DNA from: Tubiluchus corallicola
Taxonomy: Eukaryota > Animalia > Priapulida
Assembly (NCBI GenBank): GCA_030141605.1
Contig: JAQGDQ010000061.1
Location: 418,534-482,533, forward strand
Length of the DNA stretch: 64,000 bases
Direction: 5' to 3'
Position numbers and translations under genes: made by a program. Below the pieces are notes generated by a model. The model was not told where the DNA came from and did no database searches. It saw nothing but the letters and a program-made list of their open reading frames with translations. Numbering within the stretch: the stretch's first letter is position 1; the number at the start of each line of letters is the position of its first letter. Shown here piece after piece: positions 24,666-37,576 of the stretch.

Positions 24666-27654
24666 TAATACGGATAAGTTTTAATATTTTATGTGGGTTG
24701 GACTTGGACCATGGACTCGTATGTACAAGTGTCACGTGGGAAGCCCTTTACAGCAGCCATAAGTACTTGTCTTCTAGAGTTAAAATCAGCACATTTGCTG
24801 TTCATTATATCATGTCATGTGCGCAAAAGACTTTCAAATCCATTTTCCCTTGGGCTTCTGATCTTTTGAATTCTTTACGAGAAACCTGTTTCACTGAAAC
24901 CTACAATCTCACTCTATATAAGAAGAGCGTCAACAGATTTCTTCATCACAGGCAAAATAGTTACGCGAATGTTGCGTAGTTTTCCTCTAGGCATTTGTTC
25001 ATATCTTCACATTTTTGCAGTAGCACCTTACCTTGCGTTGCCAACGTGGTTGTTCTGTATAAAATTTACAAAATAAACAGCCAATTGTTGAAAATCTCGG
25101 TGTCATTGTTAATAATCCGCGTAAGTGAGATAACTGTACTGTAAAAAGTAACATAATAAATTATAATATTGTTAAATCAAACATTCATTTATCAACCTAA
25201 CTACAAATATACATAAAATTATATGTTAGTTAGCTCTGTTTTTTAGAAACTACTAATTTAGGAAATCAAGCCGGTTAAATTAATTTATTGTCTGCACCTC
25301 ATTACTCACTAGTGCTGCCTGTGATCATTTACTATTTTAACATATTAAAATTATAGCTGACCTGATGACCTTTTGGTCGGCTCGCTATCCTCTCTCCTTT
25401 TCACTTATTACTAGCAATTAGGCCTTATTTACCGGTATACTATTCAACTATTGCACCATTGCAGATTGGAAGTGGGAACAGTACATTTGTAAATCGGAGA
25501 AAAAATAAATTTCAATTCAATTCAATTCCATACACGATAAATTGTCACAACGCCTACGTGCCACGTTGTTTATATGTTCTCTGATTTGTCATTGCCCAGC
25601 CACGGAAAGCTTCCATTGGTGGCGTTGTACTTTGTAGACTGCCTGCGTGGGACTAGCAGATTGGTTTGGAACCTGTCCACAGTTTAGATGATAAATTATT
25701 CTGTGGACAACAGTTACAACACATCGAATAAACAAAGAAAATTTGGTGATACTGCAAAAAAACTAAAAAAGGTTTTCGCCCATTATCATATATCATCTAA
25801 TAAACGCTGGACGTTAAGATGCTTTCGAACACTCGTATTTGGGGGAAACTGATCAACAAAATTTGTCAATCAAATCGTTGATCGAAAAATAGAAAATAGA
25901 AGTAAACCGATTAAATTTTATTTTTTCTCTGCTTATCAAACATCTTTTCCCGAAGTGTATTGTGTATTATAGGTCAGCTCTCTGTGGACGTATAACCATG
26001 TATCAACAAATGAGAATTGCTTATTAGAAGCACACACACATGTAAATTCACACATATTGGTCATTAGGTCTCATATGTAATAAACGTTACATGGAGGCGA
26101 TGACGCCCAAGAGGCAGCAACATAATTAACAGCAGCTTGACACACATGATGCTGTTTAGGTTATTAAATCTTATAGGTAGATGGTTTGTGCAATTATGAA
26201 CTGAATCGCACAGGTGCGAGGATTTGTGAGTCCGTGTGAGAAGCTGAATCTGTGGAAGGATTTGTTAAAACGTTTAACTAAAGCCCAGAGCTTAAATCTT
26301 TTATCTAAATGAGATTCTGCTTCATTTTTAAGCAATTTTTCATGCAAAATGAAACACCATTAACTAACGACAGAACTATAAACCGTTTCCGCTCATGACA
26401 TGGAAGCACGCATAATTAATTTCGGAATAAATTAAATTATGTTGTTAATTACTCCAGCGCGTGTTAATTCACAAGAGGGTATGTTAAGATGAATGTTGTC
26501 AGTAGCATAGAATTTGAATTTTTTTAGTCAACGCGACTGAGGGCCAAATTGTTAAGATACCTGGTTTTGTATCGCAGCTTTTTGTTTTCACTCTAATGTT
26601 TATTCGTTTTACATGGCTTCTATTGATTTTATACAATTATTGTAATTATTATGCACACAGTAATTTGCCAGATTAAAATTAAACATCAGGGTTACATTAA
26701 TTTCCTTTAGTGCGCATAAAAGGCGTTTTAGTCACCTCATTATTCAGATTATCTCAGCGACAGACTTGTAACTACAGAGAATCTCAGTCTGGCTAGAAAA
26801 ATAATCGTAAAACGGCCACAGAAAACGGTTTGCTTTTAATCCTCGTTTCAGTACTGAGGTATGTCGTTTTCTAATCAGACTATGAAGCCAAACTGTGCAG
26901 GCTAAGGATTACGTTTCCTATGGCAGTTATAATGGTTATTTTTCTAATTATTCCAATTATATACAAACTAGCATTAAAAGTTGATAGCACAACAACTTTT
27001 CGGTCTTTTTTTTCATTTTACAACTTTTGTGGAATTCGGGAAGCAAGTCATCAGCATATTATCATAGTTGTTAAAACAAAAAGCAACTAAATAAGTGGTT
27101 ACTGTCCCTATAGAAAACAGATGTAAATCATGCGTGGTTAAATCAAATCAAGTTATTCGTTGCGCCTAATTAGATAAAGTTCTCAGAAATTTGATTTCCA
27201 CCGGGAAAATTGTGCTTCATTACTGCCCCAAGAAATGAACCATAAATAATAATTAGCACATTGCGCGTCTTTAAATTAATGAAACTGACGTGCGCGACAA
27301 GGCGTAGCAAAGTACCTTATAGTGTGAGTGGAAAAACAAACCCTTGTGTGACCTTTTGAGTGTTGTTGTTTTTTGCTGTTTTTTGTCCACGGATTTACTC
27401 AAATTTGTGAACACTTAAGCTTACTAAGTTATCATGTTGTATTTTCCTTTAAACTTCAAGTGTGTGAGTTCTTGTAATTTTCCATGACGTAGGAAATATT
27501 TTATGGAAAGAAAAAAATTGAATTGAATTGAATCCAGGAACGTGATTTTGCAAAATAAGGTTGTCGAGAACAAACATATACTTCGAAATGCAGAATTTTA
27601 ACGAGCAAAGAAGCATGCAGTCTAGCAGGTAGGTATTCAAGTAAGTAGATAAGT

Positions 27655-27659
<5 letters not shown>

Positions 27660-27738
<79 letters not shown>
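27660..27738. repeat. (GA)n microsatellite
   Basis: Directly visible. Confidence 0.97.
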
Positions 27739-27741
<3 letters not shown>

Positions 27742-30700
27742 CTTAAACAAATAAACAAACACAAGTAAGAAGCTAGTATCAAGTAACGAGGTGCACCAAA
27801 TGATTTTTTTAAAAACTTTTTCAAAAAGCTTCCCAAATTTCGCTCTTTGCCAGTTCGAGTTGCTGTACTTTTTAACTAATAACTGCAAAGCGTTTTTGAA
27901 TGATACATGATGAGTCTTTTTTATCAGTATTTGTTATTAAGATCCATTACGCTCAATTTTGATCTTCAAATGTATCGCCACTACTGACTCAATTATCTCG
28001 AAGATACAGCTGCCCATTTAACTTTGATAGCTTCTAATAATACACCTGTATGCGAAATAGCGTTGAAATTGAAATGTGCGTGCTTATCATGCATTCGGTC
28101 GTTCAACTTAAATTTATATCGGATTACGAAAACCTGCCATCGAGTAAGCAGAACAATGGATATAAATTAGGTGGAAAATATTGCTTTGCTGGCGAATGTG
28201 GGCAAAATAATTATACTATTGCTTTGCGAAATTTTCGTTCAGAAACGAGGCAATAAAATAGCCTGTGATCAGCAAACAAACCATCAACAACATACAGCCA
28301 AACACAATTCTGATGAATAGAGTTCTCAATGGTTAACGTTGTAACGCCGATTGCTTATAAAAATGTCTCTCATAATAACTTTCACAGCCAAGAATGTCGT
28401 CCATTGGTTATTATTGTTCATTAATTTTACCTGTCTTTTCTTGAACTGAAGCAGATCAAAACACTTCATCAAAACGTATTTTGGAATCAAAGGTAGAAGT
28501 TTATTCATAATTTATTCACGAAAATCGTTAGAGTACATTAAAAGTATCATCAAGGCAACGTATTAAAAACAGCACACGCGTGATTACCATGAGACTTAAA
28601 AGTTACAAAATTTACATTAAAAGTGATCTTAACGTGAAATTAACGCAAAATATTCAGTTATGTTGTCATAAAAAACGAAGTAAGTTAAATCACAAACACC
28701 GGACAAGAAAATAATTTTTTATACCTGCCACAAAATTTTGTTGAGCTAGACATACACATAAAATTGAAACACCAACACACAGGAAGATTTCCAGGAATTT
28801 TCACAGACCGATGGCTGTAAAATCTTTGAGCAAATCTGTTAACCAAAGTGACAAGACCCTAAGGACATAGTGACAGTGGATTATCACACACAACGAGAAA
28901 ACTACTTGTTTTAAGCAGTTTGATGTAGGTCTGCTCATAATCTTACTGCATGCGCTTTAAAGAACAAGAAAAATGGTACTTGAAGTAGGGGTTTCAGAAA
29001 AATCACCTTAAAAAATTATATTACTTTATAGCAATTTTATGCGTATATTGTACTCGCGTTGAAAGAATTTTTTGTTTGTTACCATTTTAAATCTCCCGCA
29101 ATACTGTTCCGATGGCGCCATTACATGACGTCACCTACGCACAACGTAAATCAGGAGAAGAAAAGGCAATGTTAAACTATGTCCCAAAAAACTTTCGATG
29201 CAAAATTATATTGCTTATCATTTCGCTTACCTGCTTGAAAGAGTTATGTAACTAGAAAAGAAAATTTTTAATGATTTAAAATACTTTCAATAATTGGTAA
29301 ACTCAATAACCAAAAACGTGTTGTCATTGACAAAATTCAGTAATGTTAAATTTTACTTAGATAGTGGTGTATGTGCTACAAATGCTCTGATATTTTTCAA
29401 ACTTTACATAATATTATCTAAAGTTGTTTCAAATGACTTGTCATCAAAATGGCAGCGTCTAACTGTCATCGTGGGAGTTTAGATTTACATGTTTTATACA
29501 GCATTATTACCAACGCAAGTCTAATAATTATGCAAAAAGGCAGTATGTAAGTGGTATAAATTTCAAGACGAATTTTTTAAGCTTATGTAAGTGGAGGGAT
29601 TTCTTGTGCTTTAAATAAAGGTTTGCAACACTTAAAAGACTTATCACTCACAGGCTGACTGGCCTGCTCCAGACGAAAAAATAGAATTTTCATGTAAAGC
29701 TAGAAAGTCACCTGTGTTCTGTCTCACTGCTGCACGCAGATCTTCTATTAGCAGCCACGCTGTATAACTCCCGCGCAGTAAGGCGCACCCATTTTAACAA
29801 TCAGTCGTTAAACAAGAGGGTGATGTAAGTTCATATAACATTGCGAAATGCTTGAAAAAATAATCAAAGCATTCGAAGTGCCCATTTCACTAACTAAGCA
29901 AAAGTTTAAATTATTTTATCCTGTTTAATAATGTATTTTGGTGTGCGGCGAAATAGTAAAACAGTGACGTTTTATCAGTTGAAGCGAACATTTTGAAATA
30001 CTAAGAATTTTCTTTTTCAGTTACAAAAATTCTTTAATCAGGCAAGCGCAAAGTTAAGTTATATAACATTGCTTGAAAAGCTTTTTGCGACAAAATTTAA
30101 AATTCTCTTTTCGTCTCTTTAAATTCTCATGTACGGTAGAGTCGTCGACCGCTATAAGGCCATACTTTTGTCGGTTGGTGCCTTATTTACATAAACAAAT
30201 AATTCCATCTTTTACTAATTCAAGCCTTTCATTCATTAAGAGTGCGACTTTTTTTAACAATTCTGCACTCTGCAAGCCGGGATTCAGCACTGCTTTTTTT
30301 GTCAATAGGGTTGTGGCAGAACTTGAACCTAGCACAACTTCTAGTATAAGACAGTGAACTGGCAAAGCCCAGATGCGATTACATCTTCCATTTAAGAAGT
30401 AAATAGCCAGAAGCAGTATGAGAGGTGGTTGTAGCTAGACAGGAACGCAGGTCACTTATCAAGGATAATGCTCTAAGATACGGAAGAAGCATCAGCCACG
30501 TTTAGGTGTCAACACATCTATTCAGAACATGGTAAACAGCCAAGAATGTAAGGCAGATAAAACTGATCAAAAGCAGTTTTTCGGACAGTCATCCATTCAT
30601 TTGCTTAATTTAGCGTTGCTTAACTTTTATTGTCAAGTATATACTTAGTTAATTCCTTGGCTTTTAGTTGATTAGACTGGTTCACCTTAGTTTTGCGAAT

Positions 30701-31321
30701 TTTCTGAAACGCCTGAAATACACCAATCCTTCTCTTCAAAGGAAAAGAATTTCAAGGCGAATTTTTTAAGCTTTATGTAAGTTGAGGGCTTTCTTCTCCT
30801 TTAAGTCGTTGTAAACGTGGAAGAAATAAAATGCCATTTAGCCTACAATAAATGACGAATCTTAATAAAAAAATTTATTAAAAATAGAATTAGGCTGGTG
30901 AGCTGATACATAAAAGAACTGGTATTTGGTGTAAAGAAGCGAAAAGAAAACACTTACAAAAATGCTGAACATACCAAAAAAAAAAATCCAGACTGCGTTA
31001 GAGTTTGTTCTCATAAGCTCGATTCCAGCAGTACAAGCTGTTGATACAGCTGTACAGTTTATCTGTCGATGCAGCAAATGCGTTTATAGTGTTTTTCATA
31101 AATCAAACTATGCCTGCATGACAATACCGTTAGATAGTTCGCTTGATTGGTTTGGCTGAATTTATTGCATAAATATGTTCTAATTAGCATAACGCCAGTC
31201 TAAATCATTTGCCGCAAACGTAGGCTTTCTGCAATTCCGCTGTCAGAGTGAGTGAGTTTAAAACAGATTGCCATCAGTAATACAGCTGGAATGTAACAAT
31301 AAGCTTATATTCTTGCTTATT

Positions 31322-32812
31322 TTAAGCTATAGTGTTACTCTGCTTCTCTGTAAGCCCATAATATAAGGATTTTGAGGGTGCGGATGGTGGCCATGAAAAA
31401 TTAATGGATACAACATTACCACGATTGAATTCAGTTACCACAAAACCGTCATGATTTCTCGAGTTAACACTTCTAGATGGCCCCTCTAATGGATCACTGT
31501 TTGATTCGCGATTCGAAGAACGCTGCTTGGCAACATGGGACACCTTCGGTGGAGGCAAAGAATGTTGTGACGGTTCGTCCTTGTCTGCGTATGAGTAGCA
31601 GCAATACATGTAATCGTAAATCGTATAAAGACACTCACACATAGTTTCTAGATGGCGCTTGTCCAGGTTAAACGCCAGAAAAATGTATGGATTAAGAGCA
31701 CTGTTGCTCGCCACTGCTACCTGCATTATGGTCACAAGCACCCGGTTTGACTGTAACTTTTTCATAGTTTCCTCACTTCCATATGAGCTTATTATTACGA
31801 GGATAAAATAAGGCAATGTCGTTAGGACAAAAGCGGTAACTATGGCAACAGTCATTTTTAACGTTTTGTACTTGGCTCGAGGCAAGGTGGTATTAGTCAC
31901 TTTGGTGTGCCACTGGGATATGTTACTTGTCGAACACGCGCCTGAAAGTTGCCGATTGGTCAGAGAAAGATGTTGCGATCGACGACCAATAGTTCCATTC
32001 GTTTCAGTATCGGCACCATTCAGGAACTGCGTTTCTGTCCTCACGGCACTTCCACAGCCAGCCCTTATCCATATTGTCACTAAGAGATTTGTGTAAGCTA
32101 GTGTAATAATTATAAAAGGAATGAGAAACACGGTGATACTGATAACGGTAACGTAAGTTCTGACGTAAAACGCGTTGACTGCCATAACTTCGCTCTGGTT
32201 GCCACGTACAAACACACTCTGACACATTGGTCCCCTATCGGTTGGGACCACTTCAAACACAATGGCGCAAGGTAAGGACGGAATCAAAGACATCGCCCAC
32301 GCTATGCTTATCATGCGGCGGACTTTGCACGGTTCGTGCAGTGGTCGACACACGGCCATGTATCTGTCTATGGCAATGGTAGCTACCATATAAGAACTTG
32401 AGGTCAAAGAAAACGTATGCACCACCTTAAAGATCTTGCAGAAGGCCGTACCAGCGTGCCAAACTTGCCCAATAAGGTCCACAATGATTTGGGATGGAAT
32501 TGTGAAAGTGGTCACCATAAGATCTGAAATTGTCAAATTCAGAATGAAGAAGTTCATGCGTCGCTGAGGTCTGGACCAAAATGTGTACATCCACTGACAA
32601 ACGAGACCATTTCCTAATAAGGACACGAAAAATATGGCTGACAATATGGATATCCTCAGCGTTGTCTGATAATCTAATTCTGTTTCCTCGTGGTATGTTT
32701 CTTTTGAAGTGGTTCCTAGTCTTATGTTGACGAGAGAAGTAATATTTTGCAGCGGCTCGTAGGTTTCCGTGCCTGGATTTGCAGTCATTATAAAAACCTT
32801 CCGGTGTCGCAT
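31322..32812 (-). CDS. Rhodopsin-class (class A) neuropeptide GPCR, vasopressin/oxytocin-GnRH-CCAP/NPS-achatin receptor group; single coding exon
   Basis: Seven hydrophobic segments with class A motifs: GN (TM1), RMNFFILNLTISDL (TM2), WHAGTAFCK (ECL1/TM3 Cys), DRY...CRPL, AW...P (TM4), FLIP (TM5), RAKYKTLKMT...LPYF (TM6), NSALNPYIF (TM7). The first ATG is at 32812 (alternative 32788 with A at -3); the ORF track GTG start is unlikely. There is an in-frame upstream stop and a splice acceptor at 32926-32927. Confidence 0.93.
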   Translation of the reverse strand: MRHRKVFIMTANPGTETYEPLQNITSLVNIRLGTTSKETYHEETELDYQTTLRISILSAIFFVSLLGNGLVCQWMYTFWSRPQRRMNFFILNLTISDLMVTTFTIPSQIIVDLIGQVWHAGTAFCKIFKVVHTFSLTSSSYMVATIAIDRYMAVCRPLHEPCKVRRMISIAWAMSLIPSLPCAIVFEVVPTDRGPMCQSVFVRGNQSEVMAVNAFYVRTYVTVISITVFLIPFIIITLAYTNLLVTIWIRAGCGSAVRTETQFLNGADTETNGTIGRRSQHLSLTNRQLSGACSTSNISQWHTKVTNTTLPRAKYKTLKMTVAIVTAFVLTTLPYFILVIISSYGSEETMKKLQSNRVLVTIMQVAVASNSALNPYIFLAFNLDKRHLETMCECLYTIYDYMYCCYSYADKDEPSQHSLPPPKVSHVAKQRSSNRESNSDPLEGPSRSVNSRNHDGFVVTEFNRGNVVSINFSWPPSAPSKSLYYGLTEKQSNTIA

Positions 32813-33519
32813 TTGTATCACGAGTAGCACCTCGCCGACGGTAAATTGCTACCTTATATGGAAATTTTTCATTACATGGAATCAGGTGATCGTAAGAGAC
32901 AGCATTCACCAGAAAGATTAGTCATCTGAAATTACAAGAAATAGCCAGTAAATAACAATATACGGGCTTAATTATTGCTGACCTTTGTTAATGTTGCCAA
33001 TCATCATCGCCTGTGGAAGCAGGCGAATAAAAATGATAATTATGACACACGTTACAAACTAGAATAATTCTTCATTAACTCAAAACTAATCTCATGAATG
33101 ACGGCAATCAGTGAGAATATAGCATGAATGTTAGAAACCTTAATTGCAGTGAACTGGAGTGGAATGGAGTTTTGCAAATGAGTGGAGTGAAATGGAGTAG
33201 AGTAAAGTGATGCAGAGAACTATTTGTTAATGCAGAGTACTAATCAAATCTCAGTTGTTTGGACTTTGTGATATTCCTTCTGATATAGCATACAACAGGC
33301 AGCTTCGCAGATTCAGCAAGATATTGCAAATTCTGTAATTACGAGTTATTTTCTGCTTTTACAGAGGAAGACTTACAGGCAGGAATATGTAAAAATGAAG
33401 CCAACAATAAGGCAAAAGAGAAGACCACTAAGGTAGAGTGCAAGGGCAAGATGACGCTAAAGAAAAGGGTAAAGGTTACGTAAAAATAAAGTCAAGGGTA
33501 AAAGCGAAGATAAAGGCAA

Positions 33520-33912
33520 GGGTAAAGGTAAAGGTAAAGGTAAAGGTAAAGGTACAGGTAAAGGTAAAGGTAAAGGTAAATGTAAAGTAAAGGTAAAGGT
33601 GAAAAGGATGGTAAAAATAAAGCTAAAGGCAATAGCACTATTAAGGAAATCCAGGCATGTGTCAAAATTTAAAAGATAAACATAATGATAAAAAAATAAA
33701 AATAAAAAAGGATTAAACAGGATAGGACAAGGCAGGGCAGGGCAGGACAGAGCAGGACAGGACAGGACAGAACAGGGCAGCGCAGGGCAGGGCAGGGCAG
33801 GGCAGGGCAGGGCAGGGCAGGGCAGGAAGGACAGGACAGAGCAGGACAGAACAGGACAGGACACAACAAGACAGGACAGGACAGGACAGGACAGGACAGG
33901 ACAGGACAGGAC
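33520..33912. repeat. (GGTAAA)n hexamer and (GGACA/GGGCA)n pentamer repeats
   Basis: Directly visible at 33520-33600 and 33720-33912. Confidence 0.93.
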
Positions 33913-36900
33913 TCAAAGAATCAACAAAAGAAAGAAATAAAAGACTATAATTGTTAACTGTCTTTGTTGTGGCATTACTGTTGACTACTATGTCAGACAG
34001 GGAGAAAAGTCACATGACTGACAAAGATATTAAAAATGGCATAGAAACGTCAGAAAAATGTCATTGGAAGTAAATGTGAATTAGATTTTATCATCCAGTA
34101 ACGTTGTAAACGTATCAGATTAATTTACGTTTAGTGTGCTTGTCAGTAATATGTCCCAGTCAAGTGTGGAGTATAAAAAGAAAACAAAACAGGAAAATTT
34201 AAATAATTTTAGATAATTTATTGGATGAAAGTATATTAACAAATTTATTCGGTCATTAGTTACAAAGTACCAGTAAATATTTATTGTATAGTAATTGTAA
34301 TGTATTTGTGAATGTTAATTGTTAATCCAGTAAATTAAATTAAATTAAATTATTCGGGAAAAAGTTAATGGATGCTGGTTAGGTGCATTTGTTTTTATGA
34401 TTTTTGAGCTATCAGACTGAAAAGATTTTTTTATTTGTTTATTTCGTATGTTAGCTCTAAAGGTTAAGTCTTTAAAGCCTTTTAATAGAGCCAAAAGAAG
34501 ATTAATGTAGTTTTTCCGACAGGAAATGCAGTGCGTATTAAAACTGGGCTTTTGCCCCTAGGTTTCTAAGTCTTTTTTTAATTAAGAAGAATTAGTTAGC
34601 AAGTTGTCCGTTGCAGTTTCTACCTGCTTCATACGACATTTGTTATTCTAATTTAAGAAAATCTGCAGCTATGTTGAAGTTTCCAAAATGTATGAAGATT
34701 TGTGTAAATCAGCGTAACCAAAAACAATGTATCTTTTGTTTCCAATGCCGATTATTGTTTCTGCATCGAAAACATTTTTACTACACGATAACCGCTCAGT
34801 TTGATTAGCTAAGTCAATAATTGAAAGTTTCTCTTCAGAATTTATTGCAATAGGGAAAAACATGTTTGGCCCATAATATAACTTATTTATCGGTTAAACT
34901 AATATCGTTGTTCACTGTGGGTTTTTTGACAGACATAGTCTAGAGAAATTTAGGGTGTCATTCAATAATGGCATAAGGAAATATTTTAAACTTAATAGTG
35001 ATTGTAGTCCATCTCGATTGTGTGTAGATTTATCTCTTCCACATTTTATGTATATGAAACTCAAGTAGTAGTAGTAGAAGCTTTAGAATCTTTATTTGCC
35101 ATTTTAAAAACATTGACCATCATAATAAAAGACAGACAATCAGTGTTAGTTCATATAGAAAACATACACTGTTCTGGGCAAATGCGTCTGGTGCAAGCTA
35201 AACTATAAGTGCAACTAGAAATTCAAAAATAAAATATAAACTAGTTTAGTAAGGTCTAGGAAAAGCGAAATTATGATTTGAGTAAGTATCATCGTGTTTG
35301 TAAGTCGGATATTAAAGTGTTACAGTCTGGTTACCAATTGTGCAATCTGGCAAATGTGCTGATGGCTAATATTGCCAATTACTCTGATGTGCGGTATACT
35401 TCATATTTTTTGTTTGCACGCGTCTTTCTTATGTGGTGAGGGTAGCTTTTAATTTTTTTGTTCCTGCATGGCCTTTTTTATTGTGTTATATGGCAATTTT
35501 AAAGCTGAAATAAAAGGTGAACTGAATAAAATTGAATTAAACTTTATAGCGCACATCAGTAATTTAATTAATCAACTTTATTCCCGCATTCAACTGTATC
35601 TCATTAGCATCAAATTACCATCTCATTTTTCTTTTACATGCAAAGACAAGTAACCGTGACTATTACTGTGCGATGTGTTGCTGCAGTGCTAATTATACAG
35701 GCAAACCTTTACAAGTCCTGAAAATAAGAACCTGCAAATAGTTTGGACTAGCTTTAAAAATTGGCACAATTCCAAAAATCTTTCTATAGCCGTTTTTAAT
35801 CATCTTTGTGGCAGCTGTTATAACGCATAATTAACAACAACAGACTTATCGGCAGAGAATGGGAATTGATAATCAATATCTTATAATAAAAAGTGAGAGA
35901 GACTTGAGATTTCTGTAAAATTAAGCTCACTTAAAATTACTTCACACGCCTAAGGCAGTTCCATTCCATGAACTTTGTTCAAACAATTCGCTTTTGAAAG
36001 TGATTCAATACAGTATACTGTGCCGCAGAAGTATGCTGACATTAAACACAGCATTAGCTCAAATTTTACACTGCTTGGTTCTCTACAAACTAGATCCAGC
36101 AATCAACGCTAGGGCTTACTTGCGAACGTGACTGTGCTGTGGCAGGACCGGTCTTATCTCATAGTCAAGGTTAAGGTGAAACGCTGTACCAGCAAACGTG
36201 TCCTAGTTACGTTTGTATGCGTACATATCCACACATGAAAATAGACAAGCACGCTGAGACAGTCTGGAAAGTGAAGCCATCCAAAACCAATTTCCTATGC
36301 ATTTACTAACCAGGCCCTACATTAATTTATCTACCAAGTGCATACTCTAAAATACTCTATTTTTCTAGTTGTTTTCCTAGCGCTATTTTCCTTCAAGTGG
36401 CACTTCCTTTGCCGCTTTTTAATCCCTTTTCCCTACTTTAAGCATTCCTCCTTATCAATGCTTTCCCAATTTTTCTCTTTTTTCCTTCCATTTTGCATTT
36501 AATCCGCTTGCTTCTGTACATCTTCTCTTCGATCTTCAAGTACTGACGACAATCTATAAATAAATGATAACCAAAAATTACATCTTCTTCCCTCTAATTT
36601 CATCTTTTTAATAAAACTTTGTCGACATTTTCAAACTTCAGTAGTCGTCCGCCGGTTCTTCAAAAATTCGGGAGCAATTGCATTTTCTGATCAATATTCA
36701 ACGAAATCCATAAACATTTTCGTCCATAATAAACATCATGAAAGGGGCTCGCTGCTGAGCAGTTTCTTATCTGCTGATAAAGGGATCAGACCACAAAGAG
36801 ATATCTAATGCATGACTTATTTTCACACACCAAGGATCTGTGTTATTAAAACTGTCCTAAGTTTCCCACACATTTGCCTTATCCCTAAACAATGATTTAA

Positions 36901-37222
36901 TTCACCAGAGTAATTAAGTGTCAAGAAGTCTTAAAGCCCTGTAACAGTAAATCATGTTGTAATTACAGTAACCTTGGCTGCAGTGAACAGCAAATCCTAA
37001 TGCGACAAATCAATTGTATAAAGGGCTGATGATACAAGCAAATACATTTAACATCACTGAGAAATAATAGCGTTAGTAGGAACAAGAGAATTTCCAATAG
37101 CATGTATGACGTGGTTTTTACCATTTAAGCTCTTTCTCTGATTAGGGGAAACTAATCTACACTCAGACAAATTGTTAGAACAAAACCTAGCTCGTCCAAC
37201 TACATATCATCAATGACTACTA

Positions 37223-37576
37223 ATAAGCCTTTTCACAGTTCCAGCGATTGATGATGATCGTGAAAAGGTCAAAGGTTAAGTGTACCAGACAACGCATTTG
37301 CGTACCATTGACAACGCCCGGCAGGACAACCTATTATAATAGTAACAGTTTTAACAGCTAACTAGAACCTTACCTAGTTCTCTTTTTCTTGTTCCCAAGC
37401 AAGACCCTACCAGTAAATTTACGCACAGACTAATGCATAATTAAGTAAAGTCCATGTAAAACAACTGAAGTAATTGAACTGATACTTTGCTTTACACACA
37501 TGACACGTGACGGTTCTTGTTAAACTAACCTTTGACCCGCAATAAGTGCGCACAACGAAATTGTGAAAAAGCTTAT
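37223..37576. mobile_element. MITE, copy 1 (TIR ataagccttttcacag / tgtgaaaaagcttat)
   Basis: Terminal inverted repeats; the internal sequence ttccagcgattgatgatgatcgtgaaa and cacgtgacggttct is shared with 59342-59736. Confidence 0.75.

Noticed and set aside
31842-32909. Alternative-frame and antisense ORFs over the GPCR
   Set aside because: Shadow ORFs of a real coding sequence.
33457-33916. Cys/Pro-rich PCPAL ORFs resembling metallothionein or keratin-associated proteins
   Set aside because: Pentanucleotide and hexanucleotide repeats.
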